Shown piece by piece: positions 48,225 through 59,319 of a stretch of 64,000 nt of DNA. The notes beneath the pieces were generated by a model that was given only the letters and a program-made list of their open reading frames with translations, ran no database searches and was not told the origin of the DNA. The position numbers and the translations under genes are program-made. The DNA is from an uncultured Candidatus Saccharibacteria bacterium (GTDB taxonomy: Bacteria > Patescibacteriota > Dojkabacteria > SC72). Location of the stretch: positions 77,611-141,610 of the forward strand of contig CAYOME010000001.1 of the NCBI GenBank assembly GCA_964405015.1. The letters run 5' to 3'. Position 1 is the stretch's first letter. Every line of letters begins with the position of its first letter.

Positions 48225-51200
48225 ATGAAAACAAGGATTAAGGGAAGATCATTTCCAATACTCTTTCTAGGACTACTTACTCTAATACCCTTACTCCTTT
48301 TCGCTTTTTTCACATATAAAGACTCCTTTGTTAAACTAGTAAATGCAGATGCATTTACAGATGCATGTGTTAATCAGTGTGTAACATCGACTGGTGACCC
48401 TGACTTTATGAGTGATGGATGTAGCTATCTTTGTAATGATGGAAATACCACATATGGTTGTTTACTTGCTTCTGAAATAGGATGGTTTGATCCAGCATAC
48501 TCTGTAGATGCACCACAGTGGTGTATACATGTACAAACTCCAACACAAATGTGTATTGATAGATGTAAGCTTCAAAACGATAGCTATGATGATTATGAAT
48601 CAAAGTGTACTACTACTTGTACAAATGCAAATGGAGACAGTACTTCTTGTTGGCTAATGTCAGAAATGAATTTCGATGCAAGTGTAAATCGTGAATTCTG
48701 TTCTCTTTTGGATTTTGTACCAACAGGTTCAGGAACTTCAGATGAAATGGCAATCTTTCCAGCCTCGAATTACTACGATGTAGAAACAGGATATTCTCAA
48801 AATATCACAGGTACAATAACCTCTCTTTATCCAATTAGTTATCTTGATATAAGAGAAGACTTGGATGGAGGATTTTACGGTTCTTGCGATTACGAACAAA
48901 TAGGTGAAAGTGAATATTCTTTTTCCTGTTACACTGGGACATTAAGTGATCCAAATTCATCATATTTCTATTTTCTTTTTGGAGAAAATGCGAATTCTGA
49001 ATATGTTCAATCCGATTATATAGAATTACATACCTACGTTTTAGAAGAACCTGGAGGAAATCCAGAAATTAGACTTACCTTGGTACCATCAAAGACCATT
49101 AATGACACTTTCCTAGTAAGAGGAATAGCTGCTAATCCAGGAGGTACAAATATTACTGATATAAATATCCTTTCTAACTATGTAGGAGGCTTCTCCACTG
49201 CAACAAGCCCATGTACAGCAGTTGATGGTACCCTAAATTCAAATTCTGAAGAATTTAGTTGTTCATTTCCAATTACAAATACTGATGGTATTAATGAATA
49301 TTGTGTAGAATACTATGATCAAGATCTGAATCGTATAGAAACATGTTCACAGGTCATTCATACAACTAATGTCACAGATGGGTTAGTGGGATATTGGTCT
49401 TTAGATGGTCTTACACCTTTAAATGAGATAACCGGATATGGTGGTATAGGGGCTATAAATCATGCTAACGGTCTTGATTCTGTACCAGGATATTTAAATG
49501 ATGCAATGAGTTTTTACAATGGCTCATACTTCTATACTAGTGATTACAATGAACATTTTTCATTCTCCAATCCAGATTCCGAATTTATCGTTGAAACATA
49601 TGTTTACTTAAATGAGGCCCCTGGTGGATACCCAATACTTGTTTCTAAAATGTCTGATGGAGTAGATGGTATGGGAATGCCACAATATTCCTGGTCATTA
49701 GGTTTAACAAATGCAGGAGGTATTTCTTGTGCAATAAATGGTTATGAAAATAGGATAATGACTCATGCAGAAGCAGCTATTACTTTCGGACAGTGGAACA
49801 AGTTAGCCTGTTCTTGGAATGCGGGAACTCATGAATTAAAAGGATATATCAATGACGAAGAAGTAGCTTCTACAGTATTAAGCCCTGAAATAATTCCATA
49901 CGCTTCAGATAAAAATATTACCTTTGCTGCAAGACAAGACGGGTATGAAGCTTTTACAGGCCAATTAGATGAAATAAAAATATATGATTTAACTGTACCA
50001 ACAGGATCTGGTTCTGTAGATTACTTTTCAAATCTTAACACTCCAGCAGTCATCGAAGATGTTTCCACCTTTAATCTTACAGGGACATCTGCACATACTG
50101 GTAATATTGAGAATGTACAGTACAGGAAATACGAAGTAGGATTAGCTGAAAATGACAACTGGCAAAACTGTACATGTACAGATGGATCATGTAATTTCTC
50201 AGAAGAAGAATTCTCATGTTCAATATCCAATATTTCAGAATCTGGGACATATGCATATCAACTTAGATTAGTATCAGAAGGTGTAAATCTTTCTCCAAGT
50301 GATTGGGAGACTGCCGAAGTAACAAGAGAAGATACGAGAGAGTTAATAGCCTGGTGGGGATTTGATAATGCTACAACTCTGTATGATTACTCAGGTAACA
50401 ACTATAACGGAACAATAGGAGGTACAACTTCAGTAAGTACATCTCCAGTAACAGGATCATCCACCAATACATTCGATACCAATACTATCGCTACAATTCC
50501 AGATCCAACAGGAGCTTTTGATTTTGCAGAAGAGAATGCTCATTACGAATTAGAGATGAGAATTAAACAAAATTCAGATACTCTCGCAGGTGATTACGAT
50601 TTCATTCAGAAATACAGAAATGATGGTGGTAATTCATGGGATATTGATTTCATGACTAACAGAATTAATGGAGCTATATATTCAGCGAACAACGAATTCT
50701 TTAGAACATCTCAATCTACACCAGGTACTACGATACTCTCTCCAGATACATGGCATACAGTTAGATTTGTATACAGTAATACCGATCAAACAGTATATAT
50801 TCAAGTAGATGGAAATACCCCAGAATACTTTGGAAGTACGAGAGAATTCCCTCTTCAAGTATCTACAGGAAACTTAGTCATTAAAGCAAACAACTACTTC
50901 AGAGGTGAAATAGATGATATTAAGATATTTAGAGGAGGTGATGCAAAAGCTCCTGATGTATCCTTTGAACAATTCTCAGATTTAGACAGAGTGACAAGTA
51001 ATGTTGTAAACCTCGATGTTACAGTTACTGATCAAACAGGAATTGAAAATTTTGAATATCTCTTCCACAATAGTGACTATGGAATAGATCTTGATTCACT
51101 AGGATGGATTCAGGCAACAAATCCTACAACCGGAAACTGGGGAGATAAACAATTGGTATTTAACATTGAGTCTTTACCACTTACAGATGGTCCTTGGTAT

Positions 51201-54200
51201 TTGTATGTAAGAGCTACAGACTCTTACAACTTTAAACACTTGTATGAAAATGGATGGTTTACTACTTACTCAACAGCTTCCCCATCAGCAATGCCATATC
51301 TCCATTTCATTGTTGAAGCACAAGATACAACCCCACCATATATTTTTGCTCATTCCATTATTCCAAACCCTACGGTAGATAAAAGCCCAGGTGTAAGAGG
51401 ATATGTTAGGGATTTTGAACAACAAAATACTGGAGATACAAGTAGTAATATCTTAAGTATTGAATATAGACTTAATGGAGGCAATTGGAATTTAATACCT
51501 TCATTGGATAATTCGTATGATTCTCCAAATGAAGAATTCTATTTCTTACTAAACGATCTTACTCCAGGTGAATATACCTTAGATATTAGAGCAACAGATG
51601 CAAGTGGAAATAGCACAGATGATAATGATTCATCACATACAGAAACCTTCACCATATACGAACTAGAAGAAACACCAGATATATCAGTAATCAGTAAGGA
51701 GGAGGATTTTAATGACCATACATATCATGATGTTCTTTTCTCTGATGGTGTTTGGGGAAATGGGATACTTAGATTAAGACAAAGTATGGAATTTAACCAA
51801 ACAACAGCACTCTTTACAAATAATAATGATTTTGGTTGGGAATATGGAGATACAAGAACAGGAGTAATAGAGGCATACGATGGGAATGTATGGGTAATTA
51901 CAAATAATAACAATGTAATACTTTACAACGTAAATACTACCCAATATGAAGAATATCTACCATTCAAAAGTACATTAGAGAGAATATCCGATATTAAAGA
52001 TTTTGTTAACAATGGAAGAAGATATTTACTCATTTCTTACGAGAATGGAAGTACATTAATATATGATTTAAACAATACTCCTTTTGATTCATCAGATGAT
52101 ATAGGTCCAGTCGACTATGGTACAAAAGATGGTTTCAATCTCTTTAGAATGTTTACAGATGTTAGTATAGATACAAGAAACGGAAAGTTTGCATATTTTG
52201 CAGAAGTAAATAATCCATCTCCAGAAGGAACTGTATACTTCTATATATGGATCGATACTAAAGGAACCATAATGGATGTATCAGATGATACATATGTTAC
52301 ATGGGGAGCAGAGGATAACTTGTTCTATAGAAATGAAGCATATGGATACCAAGATGTAAATGACTTCACAGCAACATACTTTGATCAATCCTCAAACATC
52401 TTCTATGCCGCAAGTTTTGATTGGTCAATATACCAATGTACAGATGGCGGAACACCAGAGGATAAGAGTGATGACTCATGTCAAAGATTTGCATATCCAA
52501 ATGGAACATACCAAGTCTTCGATATTCTTAAAGATAGCAATGGACAATTCTGGTTTGGAGGAAATCTTGGATTAACGAGATTGAATAACAAAGGAACACT
52601 TAGTATCTCCGATGATGAAAAAGTAACAGTTCTTTCAGCTCAAGACCTTGGTTCTCAAGAAATCTCTAAATTAGGGTGGATCGAAGGAGAGTATCCAGTT
52701 GGTGATGAAATATGGATGATGACAAGGAATGGATACCTCAAAGCCCTAGAGATGAACTTCACATATAATGATACGTTAGATGATACTTACTACAATTATA
52801 AAATAAAGAATCTTTCTAACAGACAGGGTAATCTAGGACTTTTTACAGTAGGAGATAGAAATACAATATATACATCAATACAAGGATACGGTTTACAAAA
52901 GATAGAGCTTGAGAGAGATTTTGAAGATTTAAATAAAATAGAGATGCTTCCTATACCTCCAGATGGTATTCTTGCAATAAATTACATAGACTTAGAAGAA
53001 GTACTTGGATCTGTAACCAATGGAAGTGCATATACATTCAATGACTTAGTCTCATATGAAGTCTCTAATGACTCAGGAGTAACTTGGTATCCAATATCAG
53101 AAGGTAATAGGGTAGAATTCCCAACTCCAGATTATAAATTAAAACTAAGAATAAATCTTACAAAGGGATCTTCTCCAATAATTGATTTAATCCGTCTTTC
53201 ATATATAACATATCCTGAAAAAGATCCTGATCTCTGTGATATTAGGATTAACACACTTAAACCGCAAATCTCTACAATACAAAACAATGGTTCCAAGAGC
53301 CTTGTCTTAAATTTTACAGGTATAAGTGGTGAACCAAATATTCAAGGATATACTTTAGAATATGGACTCTCTGAGACAGTATTCCAATACACTCCAGTTT
53401 CATTAAATACCTCAACAACTACTTACACATTAAATGACCTGTCTCCAAATACTAAATACTTCTTTAGAATTAAAGGTATTACTGATTGTACTACTAGTGA
53501 TTGGTCCTCAGTCCTATCTGCAACAACATCTTCGATAGTTACAACAACACCAAAAGCTCCAACCCCTAAGACACCAGCTCCTACAGAAGAACCACTACAA
53601 TCCATTTGTGGAGAGATCTGTAATATTGATTCCGATTGTACAGATTCAAACAATTTCTGTAATTTGGGAAAATGCGAATTAAAAAGTAGTCAATGTGATA
53701 TTGGACAGAAACTTGATGATAATAAGTGTTCATGTGTACAAGAAACTTCAATTGGAGGAATGTGTGGACAACCATGTACTGGGAACTCACAGTGTACAGA
53801 AGCAAACAATGAGTGCAATGGTGATAAATGTGTATTAATTTCATGCCCATCTGGATACAAAATAACCAATGATAGCTGTGGATGTATATTAATAACTAAA
53901 GAGGACAATACCAATGATAAACAAGGAATATTTGAAAAATTTCTTAACTTTATCCAAAACTTAGATATTCCGAAGACATCTGCAACAACAACCGCTGCAT
54001 TAGTTGGAGTATCTTTACTTTCAATCTTCGTTGGCAAATCTCATGTATTAGGATATGCTCTTCAATCTACTGGTTGGTTCTTATCAATATTTAAGATAAG
54101 GAAAAAAGACCAAGAATATGGATTGGTTTACAATTCTATTACAAAAGAACCTATTAATAGAGCTATTGTAAGAATCTATAACGAGAATAATAAACTTGTA

Positions 54201-54896
54201 TTAACTACAGTTACAAATATATATGGAGTATTTGATGTAAATATTAAGGAAAAAGGTAAATATACAATAGAAGTCTCTGATAAAGATACACAATTCCCTT
54301 CAAGATTAATCACAGGAAATAGTGATGGTATATATAACAATATATATAAAGGTGAAGAGTTCTTCTTTGATTCAGATTCTCCTTTAAACTTCTCTATACC
54401 ACTAGACCCTATCAACGAAAAATCAGAAAAATATACACAAACTATATTAAGAAATCGAATTTCTACGGTAATAAATCTCTTACAAAATATATTCTTTGTT
54501 GTCGGAATCTTACTTTCTACCTACCTATTTATTAATTATCCATCCACTATAAATACCCTAATTATGATTCTTTACATCATAATATTAATAATAAACATAT
54601 ATATACTTTTGAAAGGATTCAGAAGATATGGAAGTATTAAGAATCAATATAACGATACAGTTCCATATTCTGAAATAGGATTAAAGGATTTAGAGTTTGG
54701 TGAAATAAAATATCAAAGAATAGCAGACGAAAAAGGAAGATATAGATTCATTATAGAAGGTGGAGATTATGAATTAGTATCTCTATCTCCTAAATATAGT
54801 ATTGATGAGGCTCAACAAAAATATATAAAGAGTATGAATAATGGTATGAAAGTAATTAATAGGGATGTATATATTAAAGAGAAAAATATAGTATAG
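48225..54896 (+). CDS. Giant (2223 aa) cell-surface protein with Cys-rich modules, concanavalin/LamG-like jelly-rolls, FN3 domains, a Pro/Thr linker, EGF-like Cys repeats, a carboxypeptidase-regulatory-like domain and C-terminal TM helices
   Basis: N-terminal TM or signal segment, a FN3 consensus 'YTLEYGL...YFFRIKGI...W', a 'TTTPKAPTPKTPAPT' linker, a 'CxxxxxC' EGF-like tandem and 'IVRIYNENNKLVLTTVTNIYGVFDV'. A hydrophobic C-terminal region is also present. Confidence 0.7.
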   Translation: MKTRIKGRSFPILFLGLLTLIPLLLFAFFTYKDSFVKLVNADAFTDACVNQCVTSTGDPDFMSDGCSYLCNDGNTTYGCLLASEIGWFDPAYSVDAPQWCIHVQTPTQMCIDRCKLQNDSYDDYESKCTTTCTNANGDSTSCWLMSEMNFDASVNREFCSLLDFVPTGSGTSDEMAIFPASNYYDVETGYSQNITGTITSLYPISYLDIREDLDGGFYGSCDYEQIGESEYSFSCYTGTLSDPNSSYFYFLFGENANSEYVQSDYIELHTYVLEEPGGNPEIRLTLVPSKTINDTFLVRGIAANPGGTNITDINILSNYVGGFSTATSPCTAVDGTLNSNSEEFSCSFPITNTDGINEYCVEYYDQDLNRIETCSQVIHTTNVTDGLVGYWSLDGLTPLNEITGYGGIGAINHANGLDSVPGYLNDAMSFYNGSYFYTSDYNEHFSFSNPDSEFIVETYVYLNEAPGGYPILVSKMSDGVDGMGMPQYSWSLGLTNAGGISCAINGYENRIMTHAEAAITFGQWNKLACSWNAGTHELKGYINDEEVASTVLSPEIIPYASDKNITFAARQDGYEAFTGQLDEIKIYDLTVPTGSGSVDYFSNLNTPAVIEDVSTFNLTGTSAHTGNIENVQYRKYEVGLAENDNWQNCTCTDGSCNFSEEEFSCSISNISESGTYAYQLRLVSEGVNLSPSDWETAEVTREDTRELIAWWGFDNATTLYDYSGNNYNGTIGGTTSVSTSPVTGSSTNTFDTNTIATIPDPTGAFDFAEENAHYELEMRIKQNSDTLAGDYDFIQKYRNDGGNSWDIDFMTNRINGAIYSANNEFFRTSQSTPGTTILSPDTWHTVRFVYSNTDQTVYIQVDGNTPEYFGSTREFPLQVSTGNLVIKANNYFRGEIDDIKIFRGGDAKAPDVSFEQFSDLDRVTSNVVNLDVTVTDQTGIENFEYLFHNSDYGIDLDSLGWIQATNPTTGNWGDKQLVFNIESLPLTDGPWYLYVRATDSYNFKHLYENGWFTTYSTASPSAMPYLHFIVEAQDTTPPYIFAHSIIPNPTVDKSPGVRGYVRDFEQQNTGDTSSNILSIEYRLNGGNWNLIPSLDNSYDSPNEEFYFLLNDLTPGEYTLDIRATDASGNSTDDNDSSHTETFTIYELEETPDISVISKEEDFNDHTYHDVLFSDGVWGNGILRLRQSMEFNQTTALFTNNNDFGWEYGDTRTGVIEAYDGNVWVITNNNNVILYNVNTTQYEEYLPFKSTLERISDIKDFVNNGRRYLLISYENGSTLIYDLNNTPFDSSDDIGPVDYGTKDGFNLFRMFTDVSIDTRNGKFAYFAEVNNPSPEGTVYFYIWIDTKGTIMDVSDDTYVTWGAEDNLFYRNEAYGYQDVNDFTATYFDQSSNIFYAASFDWSIYQCTDGGTPEDKSDDSCQRFAYPNGTYQVFDILKDSNGQFWFGGNLGLTRLNNKGTLSISDDEKVTVLSAQDLGSQEISKLGWIEGEYPVGDEIWMMTRNGYLKALEMNFTYNDTLDDTYYNYKIKNLSNRQGNLGLFTVGDRNTIYTSIQGYGLQKIELERDFEDLNKIEMLPIPPDGILAINYIDLEEVLGSVTNGSAYTFNDLVSYEVSNDSGVTWYPISEGNRVEFPTPDYKLKLRINLTKGSSPIIDLIRLSYITYPEKDPDLCDIRINTLKPQISTIQNNGSKSLVLNFTGISGEPNIQGYTLEYGLSETVFQYTPVSLNTSTTTYTLNDLSPNTKYFFRIKGITDCTTSDWSSVLSATTSSIVTTTPKAPTPKTPAPTEEPLQSICGEICNIDSDCTDSNNFCNLGKCELKSSQCDIGQKLDDNKCSCVQETSIGGMCGQPCTGNSQCTEANNECNGDKCVLISCPSGYKITNDSCGCILITKEDNTNDKQGIFEKFLNFIQNLDIPKTSATTTAALVGVSLLSIFVGKSHVLGYALQSTGWFLSIFKIRKKDQEYGLVYNSITKEPINRAIVRIYNENNKLVLTTVTNIYGVFDVNIKEKGKYTIEVSDKDTQFPSRLITGNSDGIYNNIYKGEEFFFDSDSPLNFSIPLDPINEKSEKYTQTILRNRISTVINLLQNIFFVVGILLSTYLFINYPSTINTLIMILYIIILIINIYILLKGFRRYGSIKNQYNDTVPYSEIGLKDLEFGEIKYQRIADEKGRYRFIIEGGDYELVSLSPKYSIDEAQQKYIKSMNNGMKVINRDVYIKEKNIV

Positions 54897-54925
54897 TTTG
54901 TATACCTAACGTAGAATTACAATCA

Positions 54926-55450
54926 ATGTACCTATCTAACAAAACAATTAAAGAATATATAGAGAATGGAAAGATTGCTGTAATAGGGGATATAAATATC
55001 GAAACAGTAGGTATCACTATGCATCTTGGGAATGAATTACTAATACCTGCTCTTAATCAAGTAATTGATCCTCATAATTTAAAGGATGTTAAATATATTA
55101 AGGAAGATATTTCTGTAAAACCCCATCTCTTAACTCCAAATGAATTTGTATTAGGAAGTACTAAGGAAATATTAAGAACAGATAAAGATATACTCACACT
55201 AATTGATGGAAGAAGTACATATGCTCGATTAGGTATATCTATACACATATCTGCAATGTCTTTAGATGGTTTACCCTTTGGTTTAGAGAGTTCCGTATTA
55301 GAGATAAAAAACAATGGTAACAATTCTGTATTACTGTATTCAGGAGAGGCATTTGGTACATATCTTTTTGCCAAACTTTCAGAACCAATAGAGGGAGAAA
55401 AGAATTCACCATACAAAAATCAAATCGGAGTTACACCTCCAATGATATAA
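54926..55450 (+). CDS. dcd: dCTP deaminase/dUTPase-fold protein
   Basis: ~174 aa; N-terminal 'MYLSNKTIKEYIENGKI' and a trimeric dUTPase-like beta pattern with conserved Ser/Asp blocks. Confidence 0.65.
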   Translation: MYLSNKTIKEYIENGKIAVIGDINIETVGITMHLGNELLIPALNQVIDPHNLKDVKYIKEDISVKPHLLTPNEFVLGSTKEILRTDKDILTLIDGRSTYARLGISIHISAMSLDGLPFGLESSVLEIKNNGNNSVLLYSGEAFGTYLFAKLSEPIEGEKNSPYKNQIGVTPPMI

Positions 55451-55454
55451 AAAA

Positions 55455-55478
55455 AGAGAAGGCCATACGGCCTTCTCA
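55455..55478 (-). terminator. Intrinsic terminator, mainly for the convergent minus-strand cupin gene
   Basis: Perfect 9-bp stem GAGAAGGCC/GGCCTTCTC with an ATAC loop; on the minus strand it is followed by TTTTTTTA. Located between convergent genes. Confidence 0.6.
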
Positions 55479-55498
55479 ATTACATACTCAACAGGAAT

Positions 55499-55879
55499 TT
55501 ACTGATGGTGCTCTTCTGCAGCCATAGCATCCTCTTTTGTTACATGCTCTGTACCCTCGGGATGATTTGAAGGACTATATATTGTATATAGCTTTAAATC
55601 CTCGTCAGAATCATTTATTACATTATGCAATGTACCAGCAGGTACAATAGCTACCATATCTTCCTCTAAGATACTCTCTTCACCATTCATCACTATCTTA
55701 GCTCTACCTTCTTCAACTCTAAAGAATTGATCTACATCATTATGAACCTCTTCACCGATATCCTCACCGGGCTTAAGAGACATAACTACAAGTTGCATAT
55801 GAGAACCAGTAAATAGTACCTTCCTAAAACTACTGTTTTGAGAAGTCCTATCCTCAATATTATCTACATATCCGATCAT
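55499..55879 (-). CDS. Cupin-domain protein
   Basis: Small beta-barrel pattern with 'G.E..EH.H' and 'H.V.N' motifs. 126 aa. Confidence 0.55.
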   Translation of the reverse strand: MIGYVDNIEDRTSQNSSFRKVLFTGSHMQLVVMSLKPGEDIGEEVHNDVDQFFRVEEGRAKIVMNGEESILEEDMVAIVPAGTLHNVINDSDEDLKLYTIYSPSNHPEGTEHVTKEDAMAAEEHHQ

Positions 55880-55917
55880 ATATATAATTGTAAAAACTTA
55901 GATATATATATCTTACA

Positions 55918-56541
55918 CTACGATTTCAATTGCTTCCAATATATACTGGATCTTTGTATAAAGTGGTTCATAGCAAAGGTACCCATAATTAATGCTAGTT
56001 GAGCATGCCAGAAAAGAAAATCAAATTCTAAGTCATACAAAGAAGTAATTTCATATCTCAATATTAAAAATATACCGAATCCGAATGTAGGAACAAGAAA
56101 GAATATACCCATTAAAGTAGTAAACAATGCATTGAATTTTAATATTGTAAAACCCTTAATATATCCCTTCTTGGATATATAGTTAAGACCCCAATACAAT
56201 GCTGTAACAAGAAGAATAGGTAAGAGTAATTTATATGAGGCTTCCTTTTGAGCATCACCAATACCAAATGTCTCTAACAATCTATAAGAGTTAGGGTTAT
56301 GATCTCTTCCTTCCCCTCCCTTATCTTTGAAAGATTGTGTTATATCAGTACCACAATATTCTCTAATATCTACAAATCTTTCATGAGATCTAATATATTT
56401 AGAAATATCATATACCTTGTCCTCAAATATTACCCAACAATCATTCTCTAAATTATGCTTAGATATCTCTTCTTTGGTATATGCAAAAAGAGGTGTAACA
56501 GATAACAAAAGTAAAACAAAAGAGAGTAAATACTTTTTCAC
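55918..56541 (-). CDS. Membrane protein with a cytochrome-b5-like domain (HPGG replaced) and C-terminal TM helices
   Basis: 'DCWVIFEDKVYDISKYI.SHERF...CGTDITQSF' follows the cytochrome-b5 fold pattern but has HERF instead of HPGG. Confidence 0.3.
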   Translation of the reverse strand: MKKYLLSFVLLLLSVTPLFAYTKEEISKHNLENDCWVIFEDKVYDISKYIRSHERFVDIREYCGTDITQSFKDKGGEGRDHNPNSYRLLETFGIGDAQKEASYKLLLPILLVTALYWGLNYISKKGYIKGFTILKFNALFTTLMGIFFLVPTFGFGIFLILRYEITSLYDLEFDFLFWHAQLALIMGTFAMNHFIQRSSIYWKQLKS

Positions 56542-56562
56542 AAAATTACTTACTAAAATTAT

Positions 56563-57321
56563 CTATACAAGTTTAGGGAGTAATACTCCTGTATTTTTTA
56601 CATATTTAGCATATTCCTCATTACCCTCATATCTCTTCATATATGATTTCTCTAACGTAGGAATACCTGATACGAAAAGAAGAAGATATGAAATATATAT
56701 TGGAGAAACAATTGTTAACAATGCGATACCATTTAAATATGGAAGCGTAAATACAAATACACCAATCCACATAAGGATCTCACCTAGATAGTTAGGATGT
56801 CTTGAATATTTCCATAGACCTGTATTAATCCATTTACCTTTGTTCTCTTCCTTATTCTTAAATATATATTTTTGAATATCAGCAATAGTCTCAATTGTTA
56901 AACCAAATAGTGAGATAAACAAACCTATTATGGAGAATGTATTTAATTCTGTATTACCTTCATAAAGAAGTACATATGTAGTAGGAAGTAATATTACAAA
57001 TATAGAGATAGCTTGTAATATCCAAAAGCCTCCGAATTTTGTAATACTCTCTCTAATACCATCAAATCTTTTATCTGTTTTAGTTTTTAATATCCTAACA
57101 AACAAATATATTGATATTCTTAATCCCCATAACACTATTAGAGAAGTTAATACCCATTTATATACTGATATATATTCATATCCCAAATACAAAGCGAATA
57201 GGGAAGAAAAGATAAAAGTTAAACCGTATGAAAGATCTGTTACTTTGTCGGTTTTCCTTAATGCTGCATATATGAAAAAGAGAACTTGAAGAATGAATAT
57301 AAAAAGGAATACGTACAACAT
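56563..57321 (-). CDS. DUF1295/ICMT-like membrane methyltransferase-fold protein
   Basis: 'WKYSRHPNYLGEILMWIGVF' C-terminal signature of the ICMT/NnrU/DUF1295 superfamily; multi-TM. Confidence 0.55.
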   Translation of the reverse strand: MLYVFLFIFILQVLFFIYAALRKTDKVTDLSYGLTFIFSSLFALYLGYEYISVYKWVLTSLIVLWGLRISIYLFVRILKTKTDKRFDGIRESITKFGGFWILQAISIFVILLPTTYVLLYEGNTELNTFSIIGLFISLFGLTIETIADIQKYIFKNKEENKGKWINTGLWKYSRHPNYLGEILMWIGVFVFTLPYLNGIALLTIVSPIYISYLLLFVSGIPTLEKSYMKRYEGNEEYAKYVKNTGVLLPKLV

Positions 57322-57665
57322 ATATTAATATACTAATATTATCCTTACATTATACCTAAACATAGATATTAGTAAATTACTCAAGACATAAATATTGACA
57401 ATGATATTTCCAAGATGTAGATTTTAGGTACATGGATACTTGAATCCTAATGGCTAGTCCTTGAGACAATGTTTTGATAGAGGTCCAATCATCGAAATCT
57501 TAACTACCATGGATGAGAGTAATACTGTTAGTAACTTCGGTTACTGACGCTTAAACAGTTGATTGGTGTAATTACTAATCGTATATATCTGTTTAAGTTA
57601 ACACTTGTACTGAGATGTATAAGTTCCTTGTATTGAACAGTATAGATTGGTATGCTGTTCTCCTT

Positions 57666-59264
57666 TTACACTTCCATTAATTTCCGGATTGTTCTTACCT
57701 TAGAAGTCGCTAATTCAATGATTGATACTGCATCTACAAACACATTACCATTGTAATCCCCCTCTTGTTGAAGTTTGTTAACATGAATATCAAATTGTTC
57801 CTGAATATGAGATACCAATTCAATCTCCATCTTGCGAATTTCCTTTATCTTTTCTTCAGATGGTTCAAGAATTAGAGGTACAACATATTTTAATAGCTCT
57901 AAATATTCACTATGAAGAGAATTCAACTCATCAATACACACATCCTTATCCTTGTATCCTAAGTCATGCATTCTATTAAAGACATTTGATAGATCCTTTC
58001 CCAAATCACCAATCTGTTCAATTGTATTGGATATTTTTACTAGTAATACACTGCTATGAGCATCAACAATTGATAATCTCTTTTTAGCAACATCCACTAT
58101 CGCTTTAGTTATCTCTTCATCTAAGTAGTCATTTAAGGTCTCTAGCTTTTGTATTTTCATTTTAGTCTGCTTACTTGGGTTGTAATATATACTAATTGCT
58201 TCTTGATATATTTTAATAGTGTTTTGAATTGAATATACTAATTCCCTTCTAATATTTTGTAATTTAACTTCTGGAGTACTCTTTCCACTGTTTAGATATT
58301 TTGGTTTAAACAATACTTCCTCTTCTTCACCTCTAACTATCTTTTTTACAAGGCTTTCAAATGGAGAAAGTAATATGAGGAAAAGAATAGAGTTAATTAC
58401 ATTAAACAAAAAATGTGCTAAAGCAGCCTGATTCGCAACTTCCTCTACTAAATATCCCAAGACACTAATGAATTGGGGGAGAAGAAGCATGAATATGAAA
58501 GTACCAATGAGGTTGAAAAGAAGATTTGCAACACCAGCTCTTTTCGCATGTAAAGAGAGTCTAAAGGATGCTATAAAGGCAGTAAAGCTAGAACCTACAT
58601 TTGCACCTAAAATCATAGGAATAGCTACTTCAACAGGGATTAGTCCCTCAAGAGAAAGTATTACTACTATACCAGAAGTAACAGAACTAGAATGAATTAT
58701 TAATGTTAGTAATGCTGATACTAAGTAAGCAAATATTGGATTCGAAAGATCAGATAATATTTCTTTCACCATTAGATTGTCACTTAATGGAGCAATAGCA
58801 GAGGAAAGAAGATTAAGAGTAAATAGTATAAAACCTAAAAAGAATATTGGCTTCCCTATTAACTTAAACCTCCTACCTGCAAATCTTAATATAGTACCAA
58901 CAATTATCAATATCGGAGCAATAGCTTGGGAATTTATCAATACCAACTGAGCAGTAATTGTTGTTCCAATGTTTGTACCAAAGATAATGCTTAGACTTTC
59001 ACTAAAGGAAATTACTCCTGTGTTAACAAGTATAACTGCTATCACTGAAACTGCAGAACTAGATTGTATAACTGCAGTGGATATAGCTCCAGTTATTAAT
59101 CCTACAATCCTAAATTTCGCTAATTCCCCTATTAAGTTCCTAAATTTCTCTGCAGCTAATATTTGAAACTCATTACTTAAACTATCGATAGCATAGAGAA
59201 ATAGTATTAAGGCAGAGGTAATACCAAGAAATATATTTAGATATATTGGATCAATAGATATCAT
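57666..59264 (-). CDS. Na+/phosphate cotransporter (NptA/YjbB family) with a C-terminal PhoU-like domain
   Basis: Two internal transporter repeats with 'QSSSA...GTNIGTT' motifs, plus a C-terminal helical PhoU-like domain. Confidence 0.75.
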   Translation of the reverse strand: MISIDPIYLNIFLGITSALILFLYAIDSLSNEFQILAAEKFRNLIGELAKFRIVGLITGAISTAVIQSSSAVSVIAVILVNTGVISFSESLSIIFGTNIGTTITAQLVLINSQAIAPILIIVGTILRFAGRRFKLIGKPIFFLGFILFTLNLLSSAIAPLSDNLMVKEILSDLSNPIFAYLVSALLTLIIHSSSVTSGIVVILSLEGLIPVEVAIPMILGANVGSSFTAFIASFRLSLHAKRAGVANLLFNLIGTFIFMLLLPQFISVLGYLVEEVANQAALAHFLFNVINSILFLILLSPFESLVKKIVRGEEEEVLFKPKYLNSGKSTPEVKLQNIRRELVYSIQNTIKIYQEAISIYYNPSKQTKMKIQKLETLNDYLDEEITKAIVDVAKKRLSIVDAHSSVLLVKISNTIEQIGDLGKDLSNVFNRMHDLGYKDKDVCIDELNSLHSEYLELLKYVVPLILEPSEEKIKEIRKMEIELVSHIQEQFDIHVNKLQQEGDYNGNVFVDAVSIIELATSKVRTIRKLMEV

Positions 59265-59319
59265 ACTTTACCTAATTTATCATACTCTTGAAAAAGTACC
59301 AACATATACATCCATACCA